From Octopus bimaculoides (taxonomy: Eukaryota): a stretch of DNA of 64,000 bases. Positions 39,310 through 53,250 of this stretch are shown one piece after another (position 1 is the stretch's first letter; every line of letters begins with the position of its first letter). The position numbers were made by a program, and so were the translations under genes. The notes under the pieces are model-generated. The model was not told the origin of the DNA and searched no databases. It saw nothing but the letters and a program-made list of their open reading frames with translations. The DNA is taken from positions 13,001,640-13,065,639 of the forward strand of contig NC_068989.1 of assembly GCF_001194135.2 (NCBI RefSeq), written 5' to 3'.

Positions 39310-40300
39310 TTAGGAAACAAGTTAAACGATGCAGCGTTGCGTGAGGATAGAAGTTTGTGGGTGGATGGTAGAAGTTGAGGGAGAAGGTAAGAGGTGTGGG
39401 GATGTGTAAGTAGGTGTGGAGGAAGGGTTAACATGAAGAGGGGTGAGGAAATTAGATCATGAGCAATACTTCCTTGCTGCAGAACGAAGCAGAAATACGG
39501 GCGGTCATTGTACAAGGGTAGTACGAACACAGAAAGATAGATAAATATTGCACTCGAGTGGGAATGACACTCGAGTGGGAATGGTGCGAAACAAGGGCTC
39601 ATTGGCGAGTGCAATGTCTTTAAATTCTTCGGCAAAAACATTTAGCCGTAGTCGGCCGGTTTGTCCGATGTATGAAGAGTGGCTAAGAGAACAATGAATC
39701 CCATAAATCAAATTAATAATGGTTCATATAAATAAGTTGGTGATGTGAGAGTACCCATGTGGATGGTAGTGTTGGAAATGAAGGCGCATTTGCGGAAGCA
39801 TGGGCGCGATTACGTCAATGAGACACGGTGTGTGTTAGAAGTGGGGGAAAAGCAAAGGGCCAGTTGGTCGGATAGGTAGTAGGTGTATTTGAATGGGGGA
39901 GGAGGATAAGAGTTGGTGAAAAATGTGTAAAATGGTCCATTAGATAGGTAGGGTTGAGGGTAGTAGGATAAATGAAACACAGTAGAAGGATGGTTCTGAG
40001 GATAGAAGGCGGATGCACGGTCAACATGGTAAGTACTGTTTGGGTAAAAGTTCGAAGTTACCCCGTTGGGTGAAGTCGAAAGCCAGGAATTTGAATTGTC
40101 TGATCTAAAAGTCATGATCGTCAGAAAAAAAGCCGAGGAGGACGGAGAAACTGTGTGTACTGAATGGATAGGTTAGTGTGCGTAAGGCGGTAGGAGGATA
40201 AGTTGATGTAGGAGTCTTTGAATTTCTAGTGGACAGAGGCGGTATGAGTTGAGAATTCAAATATCTAGGGAATTAGAATTAGAATTGCTGGAGCCTAATT
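39310..40300 (-). mobile_element. Penelope-like element relic: RT thumb, linker and GIY-YIG endonuclease
   Basis: SIQYTQFLRPPRLFSDDHDF (cf. IPYSQFLRLRRLCSD) and DRASA; ORF 39505-39711 IYGIHCSLSHSSYIGQTGR is the GIY-YIG motif. Many stops and frameshifts, plus a 17-bp tandem duplication at 39551-39584. Confidence 0.85.
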
Positions 40301-41181
40301 AGGAGAGTTCAAGTGCGTGTCATGTGTATAAATATACATACATGCATACGTGGATACGTACGTACATACATACATACATACATACATACATACATACATA
40401 CATACTTATACAGGAAGCCTGAAACGAAATGTGCGTGAACGATTTTCAGATTTATGTATACAAAATTTCAAATATTTTACTGAATATATAGATATGGCAG
40501 GTTCTTTGTGCGCATGTTTGTGCATGTGCGTCTGTGCGTGTGTGCGTGTGTGTGTGTGTGTNNNNNNNNNNNNNNNNNNNNNNNNNNNNNNNNNNNNNNN
40601 NNNNNNNNNNNNNNNNNNNNNNNNNNNNNNNNNNNNNNNNNNNNNNNNNNNNNNNNNNNNNNNNNNNNNNNNNNNNNNNNNNNNNNNNNNNNNNNNNNNN
40701 NNNNNNNNNNNNNNNNNNNNNNNNNNNNNNNNNNNNNNNNNNNNNNNNNNNNNNNNNNNNNNNNNNNNNNNNNNNNNNNNNNNNNNNNNNNNNNNNNNNN
40801 NNNNNNNNNNNNNNNNNNNNNNNNNNNNNNNNNNNNNNNNNNNNNNNNNNNNNNNNNNNNNNNNNNNNNNNNNNNNNNNNNNNNNNNNNNNNNNNNNNNN
40901 NNNNNNNNNNNNNNNNNNNNNNNNNNNNNNNNNNNTATATATATATATATATATATGGATGTCTTTCTTCAGTTTTTAACCTATATGCATATCAGCAGAA
41001 ACTCTGGAAAATGTAGTTAAATCACACACGAGACAGAAAGAAATATATGCATATACACATAAGTGCTTATCCTACTATTGTACATATGTACACGCAAATA
41101 CACACCCACGCACCTACACGCACAGACTAATACAAGCAGATATATATATGTATGGGAATATGTGTATGGGTATGTGCGTAT

Positions 41182-41218
<37 letters not shown>

Positions 41219-42706
41219 TGCATTTATACTTATATACGCGTGTGTATATGTATATGAAGAAAAAATGAATTTTGAGAGAGAAATAGGTACATGCATGAAT
41301 ATATTATATCGTTTATACGTATATGAGTGTGTGTGCGTGTATGTGTGTGTATGTGTATAATGAGAGAAAGAGAGAGAGAGGGAGAGAGAGAGAGAGACAG
41401 AGAGAGAGAGAAAATGAAAGAAAGAAAAGGTGAGCGAGATAGAAGGCGAGAGAGAGAGACATGCTATATATCTTCATGTGCGTGCTTTTGTATGTGTGTG
41501 TCCGTGTGGGTGTATGTTAGTGTTTGTGTGTACGTATGCATGCATGTGTGTGTGTATGTTTGTGCCTATGTGTGCCACCGTCTGTGCGTGCGTGCGCGCT
41601 TGTGCGTGTATGTGTGTATGTGTGGTGGGATGCACGTATACACAACAAAAGCAGAAAATCAGATATGTAATGTGCGGTGTTATATTTTTGTATGCCCATA
41701 CGGACAATGTTTTAAATATGAAATATGCGTGTATGAAAGATAAATATATGAATGTTATATTGCGAGTGATTACTCCTTGTACAAGCGGTTGGGGCCATGG
41801 CGAGCGTTCGGGAATGATTCTAAAATTAAATAAAATCTCGCTGCACATCTGTAGCGTTGCTTCATTTTATATACTATTTCAACACTTAAATACACGTGTT
41901 GATAGATGTAGCGTGTGTATTTAATTGTATGTCTTAACAAAGGTAGATTCTCAAAGTATTTATATACATGACGAGAGCATTCATATATTCCCTCATATAT
42001 ATATATATATATANNNNNNNNNNNNNNNNNNNNNNNNNNNNNNNNNNNNNNNNNNNNNNNNNNNNNNNNNNNNNNNNNNNNNNNNNNNNNNNNNNNNNNN
42101 NNNNNNNNNNNNNNNNNNNNNNNNNNNNNNNNNNNNNNNNNNNNNNNNNNNNNNNNNNNNNNNNNNNNNNNNNNNNNNNNNNNNNNNNNNNNNNNNNNNN
42201 NNNNNNNNNNNNNNNNNNNNNNNNNNNNNNNNNNNNNNNNNNNNNNNNNNNNNNNNNNNNNNNNNNNNNNNNNNNNNNNNNNNNNNNNNNNNNNNNNNNN
42301 NNNNNNNNNNNNNNNNNNNNNNNNNNNNNNNNNNNNNNNNNNNNNNNNNNNNNNNNNNNNNNNNNNNNNNNNNNNNNNNNNNNNNNNNNNNNNNNNNNNN
42401 NNNNNNNNNNNNNNNNNNNNNNNNNNNNNNNNNNNNNNNNNNNNNNNNNNNNNNNNNNNNNNNNNNNNNNNNNNNNNNNNNNNNNNNNNNNNNNNNNNNN
42501 NTATATATATATACCAATGTATCGTCAGTTTTATGATCTGTAGCTTGGCAATTTCGTGTCAATGAAATATTTAAATGTTCTTGTAACACGAAATTCGTTC
42601 GCTATTTGAATATGCAAATATTTATGTTGTTTATCGATCCTTTTTATTTTCACCGAATTCAAAAATATATTTTATATGTCCTCTATACAGAAATGGTCAT
42701 GTACGG

Positions 42707-42742
<36 letters not shown>

Positions 42743-42941
42743 ACATACACAAACACACACACACACACAAAGATTGTAAGGAACGACATATATAGAGGAT
42801 AGAATAAAGTGTGTCTATATGTATGTGTGTGTGTGTGTGTTTGCATTTATTTGTTTGCATATATATTCATGCGTGTGTATATATAGTTCTAAATATGCAT
42901 GTAATAAATAGGTATAGGTAATGTGTATGATTGTATACACA

Positions 42942-43009
<68 letters not shown>

Positions 43010-44547
43010 GAGAGAGAGAGAGAAAGAGAGAGTTATAGGTAGATAGATAAATAGATAGATGATGCATGCATACACAGAGGCATATATATACATATATTAG
43101 CATATATGTACATGCATACATACATATACTTGTATATGAAGTGTTCGTGTACATTGTCTCCATAATTTGTGATGAAATACACGTATGTACATATATGCAT
43201 ATAAATGTATGTATATACATACATACATACGTTCATACATACATACATACATGGATACACACGCAGAGACACATATATATGTATATGTATGTGTGTATAT
43301 ATATATAAAATATATGTTTGTCTGTGATGTTCTTCTTTTGTGATGGCAAACATATACATACACATGTACACATGAAACGCAAAAATGGAAAATATATGCA
43401 AAAACGACCAATAATTACGAACTTAGTATGTTTGACAACATATGCAGCATTTCATCTTCTTTATTTTGAAACCATAGCTCCATTGTATCAAATATGATTT
43501 TCAATATTTTAAATTATGAATACACTTGAAATTAAAACAGGAACTTCATTTATTTATGAACACATCTCTGTTGTTTATGTTTTATAGACCCTACTATAAT
43601 GAAAAAAACATCGACACACATAAATACAGGCATATATATACATACATAGACATATGCATACACATAACCATACACATACACACACACATATATTATACTA
43701 GAACTGCATCGACGAAACAGTTCTCCCACGTGAGATGATTCTTTACAAGCATTTTCGTTCGACACCTCATAAACTTTTTACCGAGAGGAATATGAAGAAA
43801 AACAGAGTAAAGAGCACAGCCAATGGTACTGAGTGTGCGTAAACCATTAAAATAGCGCGTTTACTATTCCCGTTTTAATTATAAGGTTACCAATGTGCTT
43901 GTGTACACTACAGATTTCAGATAGATCTGGTTCGGAAATTTCGTGTAATTCTACTTCTTCGGTTTGTGCTGGCAATTCCAAATATATTACACTCATTAAG
44001 AAGGTAAATGTTCTTAGCGAATACAATTTCCAAATCTTCTCTGTTACACAACGCGTATGGAGTTCTATTCCAGTGGTACGGCATATCTTAACACCGACCA
44101 TTTTAATCAATATCTAATCACACTTGTTTAAGTTCTGTGAATACTTAACGGACAAGGTTTAGAGCCTACGTCTCAGTGTGGAGAAGGAGTGCTTAAGCAT
44201 AGAAATGCATTGTTGCACGGGTTAACTATGGTGGCTACGTAATATTTCTTACTATTGAGTGTCAACACCCAGCTTCTACGCCGTGTGTTTATATGCTAAC
44301 TTTGACTGCCCAGCGGGTAATCCGTAGGAGTCTGAATGTTACATCCCGGTAGCGGTAGACAGTTCTAGTAGTCAACATACGAGCAGTGGGGATTGGAAGA
44401 ATGCATGTCTGGGTAGTGGATTCTAGTTTGCCAGGTCCATATCCAACTGGACCTATTTCCGGTAAGTCCGTCGTTCCTGAAACAGTTACCGCGCTGCATA
44501 TTCTCAAGAAAACCGAAAATGTGGTAAGTCTAAACTTGGACGGTGCT

Positions 44548-45140
44548 ATCTCGTGGGATGCCCCTCAGCGTCACCAGCTTCCGCAGTAGAGACTCAAGCG
44601 ACAATATATACAGAAGCGATGAGAGGGGGAACCCTTGACGAACCGAACGCATGATGTTAAATGGTCTGGATAGATGACCATTTACGCGAACTACCGAGCG
44701 GATACTGCTGTATAAGGCAGCGATCCAACCGCTGAGGATGGGACTGAAACCATTCGCTTTAAGGACAGCCCCAAGGAGTGATGGTCTACCCTATCGAAAG
44801 CTTTTGTTTGATCCATATTGATCAGCGCCTCACCCATGCCAGGATTCTTAACTACTCTGTTTATGATGTAGCACATCAGATAGAGGTTGTCATGGATACT
44901 CCTACCCGGTACGGCGCGCGTTTGCGCCTTGTCCTTGTCGACTAGTTTCTCGATGACAAGCGCCAACCACTCGGCTAACACCTTGGCCAAAATTTTCAAA
45001 TCTGCGTTGAGCAGAGTGACGGACCTGAAGTTATCTATGACGTTCCCCTTGTTTGGATCTTTCTTTAGCAGTGCCACCGCTCTTCGCTTTACAAAGACGG
45101 GGATACTCCCGTTTTGCTGCCATTGTCTGATTATCATATA
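44548..45140 (-). mobile_element. L1/Tx1-clade reverse transcriptase relic
   Basis: WQQNGSIP..LLKKDPNKGNVIDNFRSVTLLNADLKILAKVLA..GRSIHDN..NMDQTKAFDRVDH, then in another frame VRVNGHLSRPFNIMRSVRQGFPLSSLLYILSLE..LRGIPR. Confidence 0.92.
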
Positions 45141-45789
45141 TCGCGCAGTCTTCAAATCATTTGGACGGAAAAAATATGAACTCTTTAGACTAGGTCAGAA
45201 CAGTACTGGAGGAGCGTTTTTCGTCACGGACAAGCGAATTTTGGAAGAGCATTGTAGAAAATGAAGGAGAGTATATTATAGATTAAAAAAGAAGTTTGTT
45301 TAACTTAATTTTGAAAAATGAATATATTAAAAAAAAAACCGCATAATTTATGGGATGACCCGATACTTTATTACATTGCTGGATTTAATGTGTTTCTGTC
45401 AGGTATTAAATGATATAGCTACGCATACGAATATACTAGATAACCTCTAAAACAACATGAATGTTATTTGCAATGTATCATTCAGACCCACTGTCCCTTC
45501 AGTAGTTTATACAACGATTCCCTTTTATTTGCTGTTTTGAAAGACACGGTTCTTGTGTGCTCCAGCTGGTGTCGCTCCTCCAGCTATATTATGAGTCTCT
45601 CTCACGAAATATATTATGAATATTTTGGCTCAAGCTCCGTTGTAATAACTGCTTGTCTTTTCTTTACATCAAATATGAAGCTGTATTTGATGTTTAATAT
45701 TAACTATGACAAATTCATTACTCTTGTTGTCAGTGAAACTACAGGAAACAAACCATTTCTCTCATAAGAAAATACAATACAAAAGGCAA

Positions 45790-45912
45790 TCTTATCTCGA
45801 CTTCGGGTTTCATTGTGTGGGGTCGATAAAATGATGTACCAGTCAGGGTTTCGATGGTATCAACTGAGTGCCATCCGAAGTATTTGGCTTTGTGCCAATA
45901 TCAGGAACAATT
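45790..45912 (+). mobile_element. SINE family A-like, old 3' fragment
   Basis: GGGGTCGATAAAATGATGTACCAG core remnant and GGCTTTGTGCC tail. Confidence 0.55.
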
Positions 45913-47221
45913 TTTCTTTCAAGACTATCATTAGAATTCATGATGGCGTATTACTAGAATGTCAGTATAACATGTTTTAAATGTAAAGCTGCACACGGAA
46001 TCATATCTTCTCCTTTTAAATTTCACTATAAGACTAAATATTATGAAATTAAACACGATACGATTAAACACTATAAAACTAAACAATTCGAGGACTTTAC
46101 AGCAGTACGGAATAAGAATTGAACCGACATGTTTTGTGAGTGTAAGGTATTGGAATGTAGAACGTACCTCGTACTATGTATTAAACTTATGCTAATTGCT
46201 TTGTTATACATATAGCTTGGTAAAAGCGTAAACTTGTTCAATTAGTAAAGCAAAGTAGTATTGCGATTCAGAAGTGACATGCATGAATCATAGATCATAA
46301 TTTAACCAAAGAAACCACTGTTTTAACAAAAATACTCCATCCATCAATAATAACACCTCACAAGTTATATCTAGCTAATGTGAACGGCCTTATAGTCATT
46401 CTGTTTGGTTGAGGATTTTATTTACCAACCACGTCGTTCTTATCTACGCACACACCAATTTGGACGGGCATCTACTCCAACACAAATAAGTGATAATCTG
46501 CAGACAGGAACTGCGTGAGAGTATGTCTGAGGAAAGTGTTATATGCGGGGCATCATGCATTACCCTGTATAACTGGAATATATCTCACTTTGAGTATAAG
46601 CGCAACGAATGATGGTATGTTTCTCCCATCCTCCGTCGTTTCCAGTCTCACAGACATGTATGACATCACGTGCCCTAGGCGTCGCCCCCAACTTTGTTAT
46701 CAAAATAAAATAATCTAACAATATAGTTTCTATCTGTCAGTTACCATCTAAAAAAGTGCGCCAAAGATGAAAAGTAATCAAAATGAAGCAGTAGTTTTAT
46801 TCGAATCAATTCCGTTTCATTTCATTCCTTAACTTGTAAAATCTGACAAGACATGTTTCTGTACTCTGTGAAATGTTATTGCAATGTTACATGCTTACAC
46901 ACATTAACATATACAAATACACATTCACACAAACATAGTCACACACAGACACACATACACATACATACACACATACATATACACATGTGTGCACATACAC
47001 TCAGTTTTTTCTTATATATTTTCATAGACTAGTGTCTTCGTTTCCAAATAGATCTCACGGTGTGCACTGAGTCCGAAAGACGGCTTGGAGACGCATGGAA
47101 TGTAACATAACTCTTCAACATTACTGTATTAGTTGCTCTTCTTTTAAATTTTGTGTATATTAAGTAGTAGTTATCTCTAACTAGATGGAATGCATTTTCT
47201 TCTCTATAACGGAATAGAACG

Positions 47222-47304
<83 letters not shown>

Positions 47305-47941
47305 TATGGATGTGTGTATTTATATTTTACGCGATTATGCGCGTTAGAATTTACATTTCTGTACTGACATATATTCTTGTATATGTGTAAATGCACTGAT
47401 AAACAAACGGTGTATATTCATATCTCGAAGAATCATTAAAACATTCAAAGATATGCAAATCGTTGATAAACCGATATATCTTCTTATTTGTTCACAAAGA
47501 TTAGTTTGTTTTTCAAAACATTTTACTCTGATAGAATAAAGTTTGCTATATTTTTTTTTTGATAACTTCCCCGTTATTGTAAATTCCCCGAGCCAAACCA
47601 TGCCAAGCCTAGCCAAGCCAAAGAGAAACAAGATTGAATTTGAAAGGAAATAATACAGGATAACAAACAGAAATAATAAAGCACCACAGATCAAAGCAAA
47701 TAAATAAGCCGTACACTCTGGAAAATAGATTTACGAAGATTTGCGATTCTCTTTAGAGATCCTTCTGAATATATTTGATTACAGATTCAGGCTAAAAATT
47801 TGCATGCCGATAACATTCAAGAGAAATAGTCTATCGGAAACTTGTTTAATCAAACTTTGCACACATACGAACATGCAAATGTACGTATATTATGAATACA
47901 TATATGGAAAGATGCGTATACGTATGCTTATATCTATTTGT

Positions 47942-47973
<32 letters not shown>

Positions 47974-48406
47974 TTATCTTTATATCTCTGTCTTTTTCTC
48001 TCTCTCTCACTCTCTCTCTCTATCTTTCTCTCCACACACGCACATAGGTATGCATATATATATATATATATATATATNNNNNNNNNNNNNNNNNNNNNNN
48101 NNNNNNNNNNNNNNNNNNNNNNNNNNNNNNNNNNNNNNNNNNNNNNNNNNNNNNNNNNNNNNNNNNNNNNNNNNNNNNNNNNNNNNNNNNNNNNNNNNNN
48201 NNNNNNNNNNNNNNNNNNNNNNNNNNNNNNNNNNNNNNNNNNNNNNNNNNNNNNNNNNNNNNNNNNNNNNNNNNNNNNNNNNNNNNNNNNNNNNNNNNNN
48301 NNNNNNNNNNNNNNNNNNNNNNNNNNNNNNNNNNNNNNNNNNNNNNNNNNNNNNNNNNNNNNNNNNNNNNNNNNNNNNNNNNNNNNNNNNNNNNNNNNNN
48401 NNNNNN

Positions 48407-48467
<61 letters not shown>

Positions 48468-48861
48468 TTGTATATATATATACACAATTTAGGACGCTAG
48501 GACGTATAGTTAGTATATACGCATTTAAATAAAAACTGTATATATTTTAACATATGTAATTTAATTTGTTAGTGAATATGGCTTGCATATTTGTTCAAGT
48601 GTGTCTATATCTCTCACAGGAGCGAATATATGTGAATGCATTTATATTCCGAAATTCATATGATATATGGAACTTCTGTCTTGATAATATGGTGTACATG
48701 TATATTGTAATAGAAAGGACACACACCTGCACCCGCACACAGATACACATACACACTCACACACACATTATAATTGTCACTAAATGTGACTAGGGTGTTA
48801 GAAATATTGCTAGAAATAAGAGGTACAATGCTCTCCATCTGTCTGTCTGTCTGTCTGACAG

Positions 48862-48955
48862 GAAAATAAAAGACGAAGACAGTTGTATTAGTTTGACGAT
48901 CAGTAAAGTGTGAAAGTCTTTTAAGTTTCGGGCTTACGCACTTTTACAGAAATGT
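48862..48955 (-). mobile_element. Degenerate second copy of the 7372-7612 repeat
   Basis: AAAAGACGAAGACAG..TGTATTAGTTT..AAAGTCTTTTAAGTTTCGGGCTTACGCACTTTTACAGAAA aligns by eye to 7395-7500. Confidence 0.7.
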
Positions 48956-49211
48956 TCAACAAACATTTTAACGATATAATCCCCGCTTCATGTCTTTAAC
49001 ATTTCTCTCTTTCTTTTCATTGCTAAACTCCCACTAACCACTTACCGCATGAGTGACAGCAAATGCATCGACTGACAATTTGCACTCTTGCTCACCCTCA
49101 CATTCCCTCCTCCTCTCTAACAAACTAAAGCGTAAAATGTAAACAAACACGTAGAAGAATGATATTACAGATTTAGTTCAATTAAAATCTACTCTTCACT
49201 ATCAACACACG

Positions 49212-49355
49212 TCTTTGCCTTTCATCCATTCGGGTTCAATTAAATAGGTACCAGTTACATACTGGAGTCGATTCGATGTAATCGACTTAATCCCTTTGTC
49301 TGTCCTTGTTTGTCCTCTCTATGTTTAGCCCACTGCGGGCAATAAAGAAATAAAT
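49212..49355 (+). mobile_element. SINE family A, core and unit-1 tail fragment
   Basis: CTTTGCCTTTCATCC..GATGTAATCGACTTAATCCCTTTGTCTGTCCTTGTTTGTCC..GGGCAATAAAGAAATAA. Confidence 0.88.
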
Positions 49356-49769
49356 AGAAAACCGTATCTACTATCTCTCTCGTTTCTGTTTCTGTCTTTG
49401 CTTTTCTCTCTCACTTTCTCTCTCTGTTTCTCACTTTAATTTAACTGCATCCCGTGTCCATCTCTCTATCTGCCTTTCTTTAACCCTACCACCAGAACAT
49501 CACCCTCAGTTAAATATTGTATCCCAAACGTATCTCTTTCTCATTACATTTCACTCTTCACCTGACAGCATGTCATTAATACTCTTCTTTCGCTCTTTTC
49601 TTTCACCGACATTTTCTCTCGCTCTTCGCTTCTCGCTTCAACTAACCACGAGTTGCATTTGGCTTTAGTGTACTATTATATTCCTCTCGTCTTACATCTC
49701 TATTCACGTTCTTCTCTCTCTCTCTCTATTTCTCTTCCTCTCTCTCTTTCTCTTTATCTCTCTTTGAGT

Positions 49770-49912
49770 TTCCATCTGTCAAAACAACCCACAAGGCTTT
49801 GGTTGGTCTGAGGCTACAATAAAAGACGCTTGGTGAAGGTGCCATGCAGTGGGACTGAACCCAGGACCATGTTCTTGGGAACATGCCTCTTACTACACAA
49901 CCACGCCTTCAC
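49770..49912 (-). mobile_element. SINE family B, 5' half
   Basis: CACAAGGCTTTGGTTGGTCTGAGGCTAC..CAGTGGGACTGAACCC. Confidence 0.82.
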
Positions 49913-49934
49913 CTATGTATATTTTTATATACTC

Positions 49935-50266
49935 TTTTATCGATCCCAGGACTTCTTCTTTGTAAGCTTAGTACTTATTCTATCGGTCTCTTTTGCCGAA
50001 AGCTAAGTTACGGGGACGTAAACACACCAGCATCTGTTGTCAAGTGATTCTAGGGGGACAAACACAGACACACAAATACACACACACACAAACACACACA
50101 CACACACACANNNNNNNNNNGTTTCCTTCTACCAAATCCACTCACAAGGCTTTGGTCGGCCTGAGGCTATGTAGAAGACACTTGCCCAAGATGCCATGCA
50201 GTGGGACTGAACCCGGAACCATGTGGTTGATAAGCAAGCTACTTACCACACAGCCACTCCTGCGCC
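49935..50266 (-). mobile_element. SINE family B, near full length (10-N gap in the internal CA tract)
   Basis: Colinear with the other B copies. Confidence 0.9.
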
Positions 50267-50866
50267 TATATATATATGTATTTATATATATATGTGTGTG
50301 TGTGCGTGTATGTATTATGTAATCATATGTGTATGTATGTATGTGTGTATGTATTTGCATACGTCAGTACACGAATAAGTAAATATTATACTCATTTAAT
50401 GTGTAGGTATTTTCTCCTTATATATGTGTATGTTTCAACGAAGAAAGATGCAGACATTCACAACCAATTATTCTGATATACGAGTATTTATTGAGTGTGT
50501 AAGTTTGTATGTGCATATAGGTTTCACATGTGTGCGTTTGTGTATGCATGTGTGCGTGCGTGTGTGTTCTGTATGTATGCATTTGTTTGGCTTTATTAAA
50601 ATTGCTTTAATTTGAAATATAGTTTTTGAATCAGTGCACGACTGCATGTTACAGGTGCACATATAGTACTACACATACAGAAACCATCATACACTCATGC
50701 GCACACAAACGCAGTTGTACACACGCGCACACAAACAGAGAGAGGAACACAAAAGCACACATGCGTGTGCGTGATTTTTGTGCAACAAAAGGAAACACGT
50801 TAATATTCGTGAACATATCTCATCCATTCATATATATATATACTGCATATATATTTTTATATATAT

Positions 50867-50913
<47 letters not shown>

Positions 50914-52780
50914 TATGTTTGTGGGTATATATTTACATACATATATATACGCATATATACATATATACAAGTATGTATATATATATATATANNNNNNNNN
51001 NNNNNNNNNNNNNNNNNNNNNNNNNNNNNNNNNNNNNNNNNNNNNNNNNNNNNNNNNNNNNNNNNNNNNNNNNNNNNNNNNNNNNNNNNNNNNNNNNNNN
51101 NNNNNNNNNNNNNNNNNNNNNNNNNNNNNNNNNNNNNNNNNNNNNNNNNNNNNNNNNNNNNNNNNNNNNNNNNNNNNNNNNNNNNNNNNNNNNNNNNNNN
51201 NNNNNNNNNNNNNNNNNNNNNNNNNNNNNNNNNNNNNNNNNNNNNNNNNNNNNNNNNNNNNNNNNNNNNNNNNNNNNNNNNNNNNNNNNNNNNNNNNNNN
51301 NNNNNNNNNNNNNNNNNNNNNNNNNNNNNNNNNNNNNNNNNNNNNNNNNNNNNNNNNNNNNNNNNNNNNNNNNNNNNNNNNNNNNNNNNNNNNNNNNNNN
51401 NNNNNNNNNNNNNNNNNNNNNNNNNNNNNNNNNNNNNNNNNNNNNNNNNNNNNNNNNNNNNNNNNNNNNNNNNNNNNNNNNNNNNNNNNNNNNNNNNNNN
51501 NNNNNNNNNNNNNNNNNNNNNNNNNNNNNNNNNNNNNNNNNNNNNNNNNNNNNNNNNNNNNNNNNNNNNNNNNNNNNNNNNNNTATATATATATATGAAT
51601 GTATATGTATGTATATATATATATGAATGTATATGTATGTATATATATATATATGCATATATATATACATATATATATGTATATATATGAATATATATCT
51701 GTCTATCTCTCTATCTATCAATATATATATATATATATACAGTTTGGCACTTATATGTGCATCATCATGAGGTTTTAATGATATTCGATCGAAGATGCAA
51801 GTATAAAATTCTAAAAACTTATTCTTTAAAATTCTGTGAGAATTGAAAGAAAATAGTAAGATTTTTCATTCGGAAAAATAATCCTTTTGAGAAAAGCGAT
51901 ATCTGGCAATCTAATGTATTGGCATATGTTTTCCAAATTACATGTTTGTGTAAATGTTTATGCAAGTGTGTGAACAAACTGAGCTTTAATCAGATTTGAA
52001 TTCGTGTGTGTGTGAGAGTATGTGTGAATGCGTTTGTGTGTGTACTTGCGTGTGTGTTTCACCGCGTGTGTTTTTGTGTTTCTGTGTGTGTGTGTGCCTA
52101 TGTGTTGATATGTACGCGTGTAGAAAGATTAAAGAATTACATCTAACTGTGTTTGCACTTCACCTGGAGTCTTGTTTTTTGAATTCTGTGTAGTTTTTGC
52201 TTTGCTTTTGTTGTTTTTGTTTCGTTTGTTTTTCATCATATTTCTTATCTATTAGTTTTCCTGCTTTTCCATTTTGATTCTCTTTTCTTCTCACTGCTTT
52301 TCATCCTCCATCTTCTCTCCTTTCTCTTTTACTTCTTCAGTCAAACGGAGTGACCTCTGCTTCCCAAATGAACTGGAAGAGATTTGTACGTTCTCTCGAA
52401 GGAAGGCTTTGATAAAGAACAGTGCAAAGTTTGTCCAGGATTCGTTTTTGATGAAGCAGAGAAGAGATTTCTAGCAACTGCATTCGTGTCTTCGACAGAG
52501 AGTATGGAGAACACAACAGCCCATTTATGCCCGAGTGCATCCCATAAAATATATCTCAAATATATGCGGTGATGAAATGAAAAACTGAAGGCTCAGAGAC
52601 ATAGAAGAAAACAGAAGCTTAGGTGTAGCAAGGGGACGCGATGAAGACACGAGAGACGAATCGCAATGATATTGGTCGGTTGATGTATATGGCTATAAAT
52701 CTCAATGCTCATTTCCCGAATTGTATAGACATGTGCCGAATAGTTATGTTACCTGTTGTTTTGTGTGAAGATCGTTCAAA

Positions 52781-52832
52781 CCTGCTATGCAGTGCAATAA
52801 GCTCCTGCTATACAGTGCAATAAGCTCCTGCT
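52781..52832. repeat. 23-bp tandem duplication (about 2.3 units)
   Basis: CCTGCTATGCAGTGCAATAAGCT / CCTGCTATACAGTGCAATAAGCT / CCTGCT. Confidence 0.95.
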
Positions 52833-53250
52833 TTACGTGTGTGCTACCAAGAAGAACATTTGTGTTATATTCCCAAGAATAAAGAGTAGCATGTAAAACA
52901 GTAGCAGAAACAAAAATCGGTCATTAAATTTAACCTACAAAAACGGCAATGGTATTGCAGTCTGATCATCTCGTGTTCCGAGTTTTGTAGTAAAAATATA
53001 CAAATTGGACACATCTTGGGAATCAGTGTCAATGGAGATGGATAAAAGTGTTCGAATAATTCTCTCCCCATCACAGTCAGTCGGAGGCTCCATACAACGT
53101 TACTAGCCCATCTGTTCGTAAAAACACGGACGATACAAAACTGCATGGAAGTGCTAGGACCATCCACAGTTATTCGATGAGATTACTTGAACCACGTGGA
53201 AGAATAAAAATAAGAATAACAAAATGAATTCGTCATGTTTTGTTTTTTAT

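Noticed and set aside
44155-44180. GTTTAGAGCCTACG as a third copy of the hammerhead-like repeat
   Set aside because: Only about 13 nt match and the flanks do not align.
52329-52474. KR-SDLCFPNELEEICTFS-RRK as a neuropeptide between basic cleavage sites
   Set aside because: No match to a neuropeptide family I recognise, no supported upstream exon, and several alternative frames look equally open.
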